Origin: Candidatus Poribacteria bacterium
Lineage (GTDB): Bacteria > Poribacteria > WGA-4E > WGA-3G
NCBI GenBank assembly: GCA_965198235.1
Contig: OZ240248.1
Span: forward strand, 544,001-608,000
Direction: 5' to 3'
Length of the DNA stretch: 64,000 nt
Below, piece after piece: positions 41,838 through 53,469 of this stretch; the stretch's first letter is position 1, and the number at the start of each line of letters is the position of its first letter. A model generated the notes under the pieces. It worked only from the letters and a program-made list of their open reading frames with translations, was not told the DNA's origin and searched no databases. Made by a program: the position numbers and the translations under genes.

Positions 41838-42439
41838 TGCATGTTAAATTCAAATCATATAGGGTGCACGCAGCCGTGTTATTGGGGTTGATGTGCCTAT
41901 ACTATGGTTGCAACCTCGCTCAGAACTGGAGCGAAAACTACGCGCTCCTGCCCGGTGTAACCGCCAACGATCCCGCAATCATTGATGGGAAAACTGAGAC
42001 TATCGGGCAATCCCAACGTAAAAAGGGGTCGGGCAGTCGCGTAACCGACCTTGATATTCCGTCGGAGGCGATTGTTTATTTACCGGAGAAGAAGTCAGTC
42101 TATCGGATTGTGATTCATTCCACGAATTTGGAAGAGTTCGAGTTGATGGCGTACAACTCGCGTGGAGAATGGGACAAAATCCATGACCAGCGGAGTAACA
42201 AGGATCCGATCATCGATATCCGCTTCAACAAAGTGGTTACGACAACGGGCATTAAATTGGTCGTGCATCGGACGACGGAGGATGCCGCCCGGAGACGGGA
42301 GAATGTCCAGATACGGCGCGAAAATGTGGAAATCAAAGAGGGACAAGTGCGGCGTGGACGCTTACTATACCGTATAACAGGACCAACAACGGCACTCGCG
42401 AAGATTGCGGAGATTGAGTTGTACGGCTACGAAGAATAG
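41837..42439 (+). CDS. Hypothetical lipoprotein, possible discoidin-like beta-sandwich
   Basis: Lipobox-like YYGC; IIDG and terminal IAEIELYG; overlaps the upstream stop codon. Confidence 0.6.
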   Translation: MHVKFKSYRVHAAVLLGLMCLYYGCNLAQNWSENYALLPGVTANDPAIIDGKTETIGQSQRKKGSGSRVTDLDIPSEAIVYLPEKKSVYRIVIHSTNLEEFELMAYNSRGEWDKIHDQRSNKDPIIDIRFNKVVTTTGIKLVVHRTTEDAARRRENVQIRRENVEIKEGQVRRGRLLYRITGPTTALAKIAEIELYGYEE

Positions 42440-42565
42440 CCGTCAGCGAATTGGCGTTCAGCCATCAGCAGTCAGCCATCAGCAAAACAATCTCACCCCC
42501 GCCCACCAATTGCCGACCACTGATAGCCCCTTCAGTACCTACCGCGTTTGGATAGAGAACCCACT

Positions 42566-43711
42566 ATGCAGTCCACTCGGCTTCAACAGCATTTAGACCG
42601 ATACTTTGGTATCCCGCTTTGTGTTCTGCTACGTCTATTTTCTAAGCAGGCACCGACAACACCCACCCCGAAAAAGATTCTTTTCATCCAACTCTCTGCT
42701 TTGGGTGACACGATTTTGGCGATCCCCACCCTTCGGGCGATACGACACGCCTTTCCGGATGCCGACGTCACGATGTTAGCGTCACCGACGAACCTAAATT
42801 ATTTAGCGGAGTGTCCTTATATTGACAGAAGTATCCCCTTCCATAAACCGGGAGGTCGGTTGATTTCGCTGCTGCGTCGCGAAAGATTTGATTGGGCAAT
42901 CGACTTAGAGCATTGGCCTCGATTGAGTGCGCTGCTTACTTACGCGACGGGTGCGCCGAGGCGAGTCGGGTTTTCGACGAAGGGACAGTATCGTCATTTC
43001 CTCTTCACAGAGACAGTACCGCACATCCAAGGACGGCATGAGGTCCGCAACTTCTTGAGCCTTGCGGCGCGATTGAACTGTTCAGTCCAAGAACTTGGGC
43101 TTGAGGCTTGGTGGAGTGAAAAGGAACGTGCGTGGGTGCGCGAAGTTTTGGCAGAAGAGGGCATCTCGCTGGAGAAACCGCTTATTGTGCTACATCCAGA
43201 GGCGGGCAGACGCGGTGAACCTCGCAGGCGATGGCCACAAGGACGCTATGTGGCATTGGCGAATGCCCTTGTTGCAAGGTATGGCGCACAGATCGTTTTG
43301 ACGGGAGCACCTGATGAGGCGACGGTCTCTGAAGAAATTGCCGAGCGGACGAAACATCGAGCAGTCGTACTTGCGGGGAAGACGGATGTCAATCAGCTCG
43401 CCGCGCTTTTTGCGGATGCGACATTGGTAGTGAGCGGCAATTGTGGCCCGATGCATCTCGCAGCGGCAACCGGAACGCCGGTTATCGGGTTGCATGGTCC
43501 CACGAATTTTGCGCAGTGGGGTCCTTGGAGTCGTAATTCGAGTATTGTGCGTGCGCGGATACCGTGTAGTCCGTGTCTTAATTTGGGGTTTGAGTATGGG
43601 TGCCAAGCCCTTCCTGATGGAACATCGCCGTGTATGCACACGGTTGCGGTTGCGGCTGTACTTCGGGAGTGTGAACGGTTGTTGTCGGAAACCACCGGCT
43701 ATCGGTGGTAG
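42566..43711 (+). CDS. Glycosyltransferase family 9 (LPS heptosyltransferase-like)
   Basis: LSALGD, GPMHLAAA and LHGPT motifs. Confidence 0.9.
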   Translation: MQSTRLQQHLDRYFGIPLCVLLRLFSKQAPTTPTPKKILFIQLSALGDTILAIPTLRAIRHAFPDADVTMLASPTNLNYLAECPYIDRSIPFHKPGGRLISLLRRERFDWAIDLEHWPRLSALLTYATGAPRRVGFSTKGQYRHFLFTETVPHIQGRHEVRNFLSLAARLNCSVQELGLEAWWSEKERAWVREVLAEEGISLEKPLIVLHPEAGRRGEPRRRWPQGRYVALANALVARYGAQIVLTGAPDEATVSEEIAERTKHRAVVLAGKTDVNQLAALFADATLVVSGNCGPMHLAAATGTPVIGLHGPTNFAQWGPWSRNSSIVRARIPCSPCLNLGFEYGCQALPDGTSPCMHTVAVAAVLRECERLLSETTGYRW

Positions 43712-43838
43712 GCTGTCAGCAATCAGCCGTCAGCAGACAAGATCGCGAGCACAGCTCGCTCCTACACGTGTTCTTGAATGACAATAGGTTTGACTTTTTA
43801 TGATTTTTATGTTAAACTTGCAAGTAGAGGAGGGCCAA

Positions 43839-44282
43839 ATGATGTCAGATCAAGAATTCCGAGATCGGATGCTGAGTGCGATTGAGGACCTGAAACGTAC
43901 CCATGAACGCTCCATTGCGGAAGTCAAAGAGGACATTGCAGAGGTCAAACGGACTACCGAAAATTCCATTGCAGAGGTCAAACGGACTACCGAAAGTTCC
44001 TTTGCAGAGGTCAAAGAGGACATTGCAGAGAGTAAACGGACTACCGAACACTCTATTGCAGAGGTCAAACGGGTCAACGAACGCTTCAGTGAAGAGATCC
44101 AACACGATATCAAGGGCATAAACAACGGGTTACGAAATGTAGAAACAGATGTTGCCTGGATCAAAGGTAAGTTGGAAGGCAAACAGGAATCAGCGACAAA
44201 TAAAGAAGCAAAATCTGCCCTCTGAATAGCACTCGGCTCGGCTGTTGCGGCTATCATATCGCTAATCAAGTCGTTTTGGTAA
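43839..44282 (+). CDS. Coiled-coil repeat protein whose C-terminal TM lies beyond an in-frame TGA (44223-44225)
   Basis: GAGGAGG SD; SIAEVK(EDIAEVK/RTTE) repeats; IALGSAVAAIISLIKSFW follows the TGA. Confidence 0.6.
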
Positions 44283-44340
44283 TAGTGTTCTGGCGAGGTT
44301 CGGAAACCTCGCCAGCGGAATGAAACGGGATGAAAAATAA

Positions 44341-44382
44341 AAAAAGGCGAGGTGTTTTCCCAAGGAAAACACCTCGCCTTTT
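44341..44382. terminator. Bidirectional terminator downstream of groEL
   Basis: AAAAGGCGAGGTGTTTTCC-caa-GGAAAACACCTCGCCTTTT. Confidence 0.9.
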
Positions 44383-44396
44383 GTTGTACTGACGGT

Positions 44397-46330
<1,934 letters not shown>

Positions 46331-46452
46331 GTCGCTGAATTCCTCCTTGAGTATGGTGTGAAAATTGTGAGGGAAGGCTTCTATGCCTTCACTCAGTTTC
46401 TCTATATCATAAGACGACGTGAAAACGTCGTCGTGTTTTCAAAATATTTATT

Positions 46453-46469
46453 AGCAATTTTCGTGCCAA
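46453..46469 (-). promoter_or_regulatory. Sigma54 (-24/-12) promoter for groESL
   Basis: Minus strand TTGGCACGAAAATTGCT matches TGGCACG-N4-TTGC(A/T). Confidence 0.75.
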
Positions 46470-46645
46470 TCTCTAAAACTGCCATATAGTCAGGGTTACA
46501 CGGAAGAATGTGACATTTTGGCAGGTTTTCTGAAGTGACAATTTGTCGTTTTCAAAAATAGATTTGGGGCTACTGTGCCATTTTGACACACTCTACACAG
46601 ATGTCGCCCCTACCGGGCTTTATTTTTCGATGGCTGACAGCCATG

Positions 46646-47632
46646 CTATGTAGCGGGACACGGAACCAACTGTCCTGTTTCCCCTGCGCGATATGCGGCG
46701 GCAAGAATCTCGTTTGCTCTTAATCCATCATTTCCCGTTGTGATGGGTGTTACACCTTTGTGGACACATGCTGCGAAATGCTCAAATTGATATTGATACA
46801 GGTCCTCGTATTGTGCGGGGATTAATTGCGGTTCGCCCTCAAAGTAGGTTTTGATTTTCCAACCGTCGTCATTGTAAATCCAAGTTGTGCCCTCCGTGCC
46901 GTAGAGTTCTAAAACGATATCGCATTGCGGCACTGAAAAACTGAGATCAGTGAAAGCTTGTGCGCCGTTATCAAAGCACATGAGGATGCCACCGGTTTCT
47001 TCGACAGCGGTGTCTTGGGTTATGGTGTTGTAAAACGCGCTGACGGCGTTCACTTCGCCAATGAGGTAGCGGAGTAGATCTACACTATGCGGACCGAGGT
47101 CCATGAAGCATCCGCCTCCACCCTTTTCTGGTTGCGCTCGCCATTCGTCTGGTGTGAGTTGATACTGTTTCAGAAATGGCATACGCCCATGGACTATCGT
47201 GCCGAAACGTCCCTCGTCTACCCACGTTCGGATCTGTTGGAAGCAGGAGTGAAACCGGAAGAGAAAGCAGACTTGCAGGTGGACACCGTTTGTTTCACAG
47301 GCGGCGATCATTTTTGTACATTCTTGTGGTGTGAGTGCCATCGGTTTATCGCAAAGCACATGCAAGCCGCGTTCCGCGGCGGCGATTACCTGCTCACAGT
47401 GTAGGTGAACGGGTGTTGAGACGTAGATTGCGTCGAGTGCGTCGTCTGCAAAGAGCGCCTCGACGGTGGTGTAGGCATTGGTTGCACCGTGTTCCCGTGC
47501 CAATCGTTCTGCCCGCGTAGCATCGCGTGAGAGCAAGGCGTGGAGTTCTGCTCCATCTGCCTTTTTAATGGCTGGCATTGCTCTGCGTTGTGCGACGCTG
47601 CCTGCGCCTAATACACCCCATTTTAAGCTCAT
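46646..47632 (-). CDS. Gfo/Idh/MocA oxidoreductase
   Basis: WGVLGAG, LCDKP and GGGCFMDLGPH motifs. Confidence 0.92.
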   Translation of the reverse strand: MSLKWGVLGAGSVAQRRAMPAIKKADGAELHALLSRDATRAERLAREHGATNAYTTVEALFADDALDAIYVSTPVHLHCEQVIAAAERGLHVLCDKPMALTPQECTKMIAACETNGVHLQVCFLFRFHSCFQQIRTWVDEGRFGTIVHGRMPFLKQYQLTPDEWRAQPEKGGGGCFMDLGPHSVDLLRYLIGEVNAVSAFYNTITQDTAVEETGGILMCFDNGAQAFTDLSFSVPQCDIVLELYGTEGTTWIYNDDGWKIKTYFEGEPQLIPAQYEDLYQYQFEHFAACVHKGVTPITTGNDGLRANEILAAAYRAGETGQLVPCPAT

Positions 47633-47872
47633 TGTTTTTTGGACCTCGTTTATTTTGTTGTGCTGTTTATTATAGGGGATGTTAGGATATATCTCAATGT
47701 TTTTGTGTATGGCTATCGGCTGTCAGTAGGCGGCTGTTTTTGATGTAGCACGTATGGGGAGGCCTCATTTTTATTACTTTTTAGGGATTTGATGGCATCC
47801 GTTCAACCCAACCTACGGGACTGATTAAATCAAACGTCCTTTTACTGATGGCTGAAAGCCGACCACTGATGG

Positions 47873-48631
47873 CTAATTACTCAACAGGAGATGCACACCG
47901 GTCACGAATAGGAAGAAAAGGACGATTTTTGAAAAGAGGAGTTCCGGCACGCGGGTGTTGAGCGAGATACCTGTTAGCACACCTAATCCGATGAATGGAA
48001 GAAGCGCGAGTGCTTCAATCAGAATCTCGAAAGAGAAAAGTTGCAACTGGAAATAGAACGGAATTTTGATGAAGTTGAGTAGGAAATAGGTAGCAGTTGT
48101 GGTTGCGACGAAGGCGGTGTTGCCTAAGCGTTGTGGGAGTAGGTACATGACGACGACGAGTCCACCCATGTGCGCGAGAGTTGAGAACGCGCCTGCGAAT
48201 ATCCCTGCAAGTAGCCCTTGCCACGTTTTGAATTGGAGTGCTGTTTGGACGGGTTGCCCAGAATTTCCGAATAGTGGTTGCCAATACGCGCGTAGGAATT
48301 CTAATAGCGCAAATAAGCAGGCGATGCCACCGATGATCTTTTTTAGGTGGACATCAGAGATGTCCTTCAAAATCAGGCTTGCTAAGGTAATACCGAGTAG
48401 GGAGCCGAGGATCAGCCGTGTGACACTTTGACGATGCCACCGCTTCCAGTAGTGGGAAAGCGAGAAGATGTCTGTTGAGAACAGGAGCGGGAGCATTAAC
48501 CCGATGACGTTTCGAGCACTACGGAAATGTGTGAACATGGGGACGACGACCATCCCGATGCCACCGCCAAAACCGGCTTTGCTTACACCGGTGAGCCATG
48601 CCCCGAAGCAGAGGATGATGATTTCGTAGAT
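47873..48631 (-). CDS. TauE/SafE family sulfite-exporter-like membrane protein with apparent ATC start
   Basis: In-frame extension IYEIIILCFGAWLTGVSKAGFGGGIG upstream of the track ORF; AGGAGG 7 nt before ATC 48631. Confidence 0.8.
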   Translation of the reverse strand: MYEIIILCFGAWLTGVSKAGFGGGIGMVVVPMFTHFRSARNVIGLMLPLLFSTDIFSLSHYWKRWHRQSVTRLILGSLLGITLASLILKDISDVHLKKIIGGIACLFALLEFLRAYWQPLFGNSGQPVQTALQFKTWQGLLAGIFAGAFSTLAHMGGLVVVMYLLPQRLGNTAFVATTTATYFLLNFIKIPFYFQLQLFSFEILIEALALLPFIGLGVLTGISLNTRVPELLFSKIVLFFLFVTGVHLLLSN

Positions 48632-48797
48632 GGTGTTGCCTCCTTTTTGGTGAGGTGAGTCTAACAGATTGTCGGCAAATTGTCAAGGGTATCAGTCTGA
48701 ATCGCGAGCACAGCTCGCTCTACCAATGAGAGAAGTCTGCCAATAGCCTATGACCGACCGCTGACAGCTGAAAGCCGACTGCCAATAGAAGAAATAT

Positions 48798-48826
48798 TTG
48801 ACATTCGGCGTGAGATGTGATATAAT
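48798..48826 (+). promoter_or_regulatory. Consensus sigma70 promoter of rpsU
   Basis: TTGACA-17nt-TATAAT. Confidence 0.85.
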
Positions 48827-48873
48827 TTATGAAATGTTTTCGTAATCTTAAATTCTAATGGAGGCTTAAAAAA

Positions 48874-49134
48874 ATGGTTCAAGTAGAAGTAAGTGTCGAT
48901 TCAGGTGAGGCGTTTGATCGCGCCCTGGCACGCTTTAAGAAGATGTGTGGAAAAGCCGGTATTGTCACAGAGATAAAAAAACGGAGTTTTTACGAGAAGC
49001 CGAGCGAGAAACGACGCAGAATTGAGATGAAACGGCAGCGGAAGGTGAAACCCCGCAGAATGGGGGGTGAACGCCCACAATTTTATAACGGCGGTGGCAG
49101 TGGCAGTGGCAGTGGTAGTGGTAGTAATCGGTAA
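48874..49134 (+). CDS. rpsU: 30S ribosomal protein bS21 with Gly/Ser-rich tail
   Basis: ALARFKK and [11 protein letters not shown] motifs. Confidence 0.93.
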   Translation: MVQVEVSVDSGEAFDRALARFKKMCGKAGIVTEIKKRSFYEKPSEKRRRIEMKRQRKVKPRRMGGERPQFYNGGGSGSGSGSGSNR

Positions 49135-49153
49135 ATAGCTTGAGGAGGGATGC

Positions 49154-49672
49154 ATGGCAGATTTGGCTACTGGCGAGGCTTTAGAGAATTATAAAGGGCT
49201 TTTGATTCAATACTGCCAGGAACGCGGGCTACACCAACCGACTTACACTGAAACGCAGCACGGACCGGCGGATTCCCCACAATGGCAGGTAACAGTGTCT
49301 TACGGGGACTGGGTCCACGAGACACCGGAGCCGATTCCTGGTTCAAAAAGATTTGCGCACCAAGTAGCCGCACAGCAGGTGTTAGACGAAATTAATTCGC
49401 GGCGCGAGAGTTTTTTAGCAGGTGGGACAGTAGATACAACCCCTGCGCCCATTTCGGAACCTGTTCCAGATACGCTTACTCCGCTTGAAGTCCCTATACC
49501 GCTCGTGTCGAACGCACTGACGATTGCGAATGAACGGCTTACCGCGTCGCAACCTGCACGGTACCGGACGCTTACAGATGCTGAATTTTCGCAAAAACTC
49601 TCCAAATTGACGTTAGAGATTGTCCGGAGTCTGCTTGAGAGGGCAGAAGAGGACAAGATTACGTTTCGGTAA
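49154..49672 (+). CDS. Stand-alone dsRNA-binding motif protein
   Basis: NYKGLLIQYCQ, GPADSPQW and SKRFAHQVAA resemble dsRBD motifs; no RNase III catalytic domain. Confidence 0.7.
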   Translation: MADLATGEALENYKGLLIQYCQERGLHQPTYTETQHGPADSPQWQVTVSYGDWVHETPEPIPGSKRFAHQVAAQQVLDEINSRRESFLAGGTVDTTPAPISEPVPDTLTPLEVPIPLVSNALTIANERLTASQPARYRTLTDAEFSQKLSKLTLEIVRSLLERAEEDKITFR

Positions 49673-49956
49673 GTTAGCCATCAGCCATCAGCGATCAGCA
49701 GTCAGCCGTTAGAAAAGGTCGCGACCGGGAGGTCGTTCCTACAAGGGAGGCGAGGTTTAAAAACCTCGCCGTTTTTTTTGAGCGGTTGTCCGTATCTAGC
49801 CTCCCCACTATTCCGCTGGGGAGGTGTTTTCTTTTGACATTCCGTAGTGAAGTGCTATATACTACGGGGACAGACATTTTTTGCACAAAGAGCGGGGTTC
49901 GTGTCCTTCCCAGTAAACAGGTGAGGACCCCTCGTCAGCGACAGAAATATATGTGC

Positions 49957-50658
49957 CTACGGCTTTTTTCCGATGAAATAGACGGCTGATGCCAAAATAT
50001 GGGCATCTTTATGTAGGGAGAGCGGCACATCTAACAGTAGGATTGGAAATGTCAGCCATCCGACGATAAGAGAAATTGCTTTCGCGAGGAGTAAACTACC
50101 GAACGAGCAGATCAGTCCGATGTATTCTCGGAAGATCCAGTGTAAAGAGATCGTCGGACCGGCACAGGGACCACTCTCGAGTTCAGAGAAAGCGGCGCAG
50201 AGTTGGACGATGCCCGGGACTGTCCACCGCTGATAATCGTGAGGAGAGGCGTGGTAGCCTTGTAGGAATGGGACGGCGATGCAGATATTGCCCCCGGGTT
50301 TCAGTACACGGTAGATCTCAGCGACAATGAGATTCGGCGAGCGGACATGCTCAAGGACGGCTTCAGAGATCACCGCATCGAAGGTGTCGTCGCCGAATGG
50401 CAAAAAGTGTCCATCGGCAACAATATCGACTTCAGGAGTTATCTCGATTTCGAGGTTGATGACGTTTGGGGCGCGGCGGCGAGTGCCGGCACCGAGATCC
50501 AAGATTCTCGCGTCGGGACCGAGACGCTGGAGTAGTTTTCTGACACATCGATTCCATCGTGGGGCGGGATACGGGCATCCGATGAGGTAAAATAAGAACG
50601 GGTTTTGTCTAAGTTTGCGTTTTAAGTGTGAAATCAAATCCGGTTTCGAGTCTGTCAT
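49957..50658 (-). CDS. Class I SAM-dependent methyltransferase
   Basis: LDLGAG, LPFGDDTFD, VLEHV and LKPGG motifs. Confidence 0.9.
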   Translation of the reverse strand: MTDSKPDLISHLKRKLRQNPFLFYLIGCPYPAPRWNRCVRKLLQRLGPDARILDLGAGTRRRAPNVINLEIEITPEVDIVADGHFLPFGDDTFDAVISEAVLEHVRSPNLIVAEIYRVLKPGGNICIAVPFLQGYHASPHDYQRWTVPGIVQLCAAFSELESGPCAGPTISLHWIFREYIGLICSFGSLLLAKAISLIVGWLTFPILLLDVPLSLHKDAHILASAVYFIGKKP

Positions 50659-50663
50659 AAGAT

Positions 50664-51899
50664 ATGATGATACATAACCTTTCCGAAAAATATGAGGGAT
50701 ATTTTCGCGGTGCCCGGGTGTCTGTTTTGCGTCTCGGCGTGAACGTCTGGCACCAATTCATGGGGCATAAATGTCTCCAGCAGGCATCGTCGTTAGCGTT
50801 TAACACGTTACTATGTCTTGTGCCATTATCGGCGGTCGCGCTGTTTTTGCTGAAAACGTTTGGTGTTGTGGAAGATGGCAACTCGCCGTTAATCGCGATG
50901 CTCCGTGATAACTTTCTGCCACGCTATAGTGCTGAGGAAATTGTATCAGAACTCTCAGGATTTGCCAATAGAAATCTTGGTGGGCTGAGTGTCGGCGGGT
51001 TTCTGTTGTTTCTGCTGGTCTCGACGATGTTGTTCATGTCGGTGGAGCAACATTTCAATGACATTTGGGGGGCGCGGCGGCGGTTGCCGGTGGTGCAAGC
51101 GTTCCAGAAATACGCCGTTTTCTATACACTGCTCTCCGTGGGACCGCTTCTGCTCTGGCTCTTCTTTTCGACGGCTACCAACTGGGTGTTTGCACACGTG
51201 TTCCCATGGATGCTGGTCTACTGCCTGTTTTTCCTAATGTACATCGCGATGCCGAATACGTTCGTGAAGTGGAGTGCGGCACTGCTCGGTACATTCGTTG
51301 CCGGGACGTTCTTCCAGATCGCGAGGATCGCCTTTGGGCGTTATCTGGAACTGGTGTGGCAGAACTATAGTGACATCTACGGCGCGCTGGCGATGTTGGT
51401 TATCTTTGCTATCTGGATATATGTGGCGTGGGTGGTGATTTTGCTGGGTGCGGAGGTCTCGAATGCTGTCCAGCATTTCCGTCAGCAGGATGTTGCGCGT
51501 GGGCAGTTTCGCTATGAGTCCAACGGCTATCTGAACGCTTCCGGTGTTATTACTCTATTTTTGATTGTTGCAGAGCGTTTTGCTAAGGGTGAGGGTGCGT
51601 ATTTGGCGGAGGAGGTTGCTGCGCGTTCGGGTGTTTCGGCAGAGGTTGTGCATCAGAGTTTTGAACGGTTCAAGACGGCGGGGTTAATCTATGAGGTTGA
51701 CGGGGATACGGATGGGTATCTCCCGGCGCGTGCGTTAGAGGATATTACGCTGGCTGCGGTTGTGAATGCGGTTGAGGGTGAGATGACGACACATTTTGCG
51801 CAGGGCATATCGTCTGAATCGGGCGCGCACGTGTTGGGGACGCTCCAGCAGTCACAGCGGGAATGTTTGGAGAAGGTTACGGTCGCGTCGTTGTTGTGA
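50664..51899 (+). CDS. YihY/BrkB family membrane protein with C-terminal winged-helix region
   Basis: ASSLAFNTLL, FNDIWG and IYGALA...WIY...ILLGAE; GYLPAR..DITL. Confidence 0.88.
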   Translation: MMIHNLSEKYEGYFRGARVSVLRLGVNVWHQFMGHKCLQQASSLAFNTLLCLVPLSAVALFLLKTFGVVEDGNSPLIAMLRDNFLPRYSAEEIVSELSGFANRNLGGLSVGGFLLFLLVSTMLFMSVEQHFNDIWGARRRLPVVQAFQKYAVFYTLLSVGPLLLWLFFSTATNWVFAHVFPWMLVYCLFFLMYIAMPNTFVKWSAALLGTFVAGTFFQIARIAFGRYLELVWQNYSDIYGALAMLVIFAIWIYVAWVVILLGAEVSNAVQHFRQQDVARGQFRYESNGYLNASGVITLFLIVAERFAKGEGAYLAEEVAARSGVSAEVVHQSFERFKTAGLIYEVDGDTDGYLPARALEDITLAAVVNAVEGEMTTHFAQGISSESGAHVLGTLQQSQRECLEKVTVASLL

Positions 51900-52089
51900 G
51901 ATTCGGTGAAAATTCGCTGGCTTTGACGTAATACAAAAATCCGATGCACATCTCATCTGTCGTTTTTTCGCCCCACCCGACAGGGATCGGTGGACTGTGC
52001 GGGTTCGCCGGGTTCTCTGAGGAATTATCGAAATGCGCGACGAGATCGACACGGGTGCCAGTGGGTAAGAAGAGCGGCTCGCGATAATG
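51877..52089 (-). pseudogene. 3' fragment of a copper type II monooxygenase-like protein gene, cut at the tnpB element right end
   Basis: HYREPLFLPTGTRVDLVAHFDNSSENPANP...WGEKTTDEMCIGF; no start codon. Confidence 0.7.
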
Positions 52090-52129
52090 GTGATAGACCC
52101 AAGCCTAAAGACTTGGGCTTCTGCAATCA

Positions 52130-53341
52130 TTAAGCAGAAGCATTTGTGGAATTGAGAAGCGGACTACACGCTTCAACGGAGGTGCCGACAATCCTGTTGA
52201 ACAAAACAATCGGTCTTACGACTCCTAACCCAAAGGAAGCTACCCCTTCCTTAAGAATGTTCATAGCAGCGTTCTGGTCGCGGTCAAGGTGTGTTCCACA
52301 ACTTGGACACGTCCAGTGACGATCTGATAGCGTTAAGTCTTTATTATGATAGTTACAAACAGAACACGCTTTTGTAGTGGGCGACCACCGATTGATTTTC
52401 AGCACAGAACGGATACGCTTTTTGCTCTGGTGTTTGAGTTTCTGATAGAACTCACCAAAAGCAAGGTCAGATACCTGTTTGCCAAAGAGTGCTTTCATGC
52501 CTCGAAGGTTCAGGTCTTCAAAGAACAGGATGTCAAACTGACGACAAAGTTTTATCGCAAGTTTCCAGTGGTGGTCTATCCTTTGATTCGCCGTTTTCTT
52601 ATGGATACGGGCAACGTTCTTACGTTCTCGTTCCTGATTCTGAGAACCTTTGACTTTACGGGAATATACCTTTTGTGCAGTTGCCAACTTTTCAGCGTTG
52701 AGTTTGTAGAACATTGGCGATATTTCTCGGTGTCCGCTACTGGTAGTCAGGAAGTCTTTGATTCCAAAGTCGAACCCTTCAGCTTGACCCGTCTTGGGTT
52801 CATATCTGACTTCACTATAATCTTCAGTGAGCGTGATATACATATCTCCAAGTGCGTCTCTTGTAACCTGAACGCGTTTGATTTTTCCCTGTATCGGGCG
52901 GTGCAGCGCGAACCGATACCAACGTCCGTTGAGTCGGATTTTATACGTCGGGTGATTTCGCTTATGTTTGTGTTTATCGGAAACTTTTTCTATCGCAATC
53001 TGTTCGCCAGAGAACGTCATGCCTCTATGTTTCTTACACTTCTTGAACTTCGGGTGACCTTTGCCAAGGGTTTTCATTTCTTTGAAACTTTGTGCCAAAC
53101 GCTTTAGGACATTCTGCAACGCCCACGAGTAAGGGATATTCCAATGCCGATACTTCTCAAGACGCTTGAGTTTCGTCAAATGCTTCGACATTTTCGCATA
53201 CGAAAGTCCTTTACCATAGCGGCGGTAATATCGCATGCAGAGGGCGAGAAAGTGATTTTTGACAACGCCACAGATATTGCACTCGTCATGCAAGTGACGC
53301 AACGTCTTATCCTTGAATAGTTTGTGTTTTGTATTTCGCAT
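52130..53341 (-). CDS. tnpB: TnpB RNA-guided endonuclease
   Basis: RuvC GFDFG, FEDL and DRDQNAA; zinc finger CSVC/CPSC. Confidence 0.93.
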   Translation of the reverse strand: MRNTKHKLFKDKTLRHLHDECNICGVVKNHFLALCMRYYRRYGKGLSYAKMSKHLTKLKRLEKYRHWNIPYSWALQNVLKRLAQSFKEMKTLGKGHPKFKKCKKHRGMTFSGEQIAIEKVSDKHKHKRNHPTYKIRLNGRWYRFALHRPIQGKIKRVQVTRDALGDMYITLTEDYSEVRYEPKTGQAEGFDFGIKDFLTTSSGHREISPMFYKLNAEKLATAQKVYSRKVKGSQNQERERKNVARIHKKTANQRIDHHWKLAIKLCRQFDILFFEDLNLRGMKALFGKQVSDLAFGEFYQKLKHQSKKRIRSVLKINRWSPTTKACSVCNYHNKDLTLSDRHWTCPSCGTHLDRDQNAAMNILKEGVASFGLGVVRPIVLFNRIVGTSVEACSPLLNSTNASA

Positions 53342-53439
53342 GGTCTATCAAGTCTCAAGTCTTTAACCCCGTTCAAGTGGGTAGGCAGACACGTAGCCTT
53401 GCGACTACGCTTGAACTGTCTGCCAACTTGATACTACTA

Positions 53440-53469
53440 ATTATACCACAATTTCGGACGAAACGTCAA
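53440..53469 (-). promoter_or_regulatory. Sigma70 promoter of tnpB
   Basis: TTGACG-17nt-TATAAT with extended -10 TG. Confidence 0.7.

Noticed and set aside
44223-44225. Selenocysteine at this TGA
   Set aside because: No redox motif context; the position precedes a TM segment where Trp is more plausible.
46451-46469. CIRCE element upstream of groES
   Set aside because: TTAGCA...TGCCAA spans only 19 bp, not the 27-bp TTAGCACTC-N9-GAGTGCTAA; it fits a sigma54 promoter better.
51960-52089. Structured ncRNA downstream of tnpB
   Set aside because: It translates as a recognisable protein C-terminus (WGEKTTDEMC), so it was treated as a gene fragment.
52346-53107. 253-aa plus-strand ORF as a possible tnpA partner
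   Set aside because: Antisense to tnpB and has no HUH or serine-recombinase motif.
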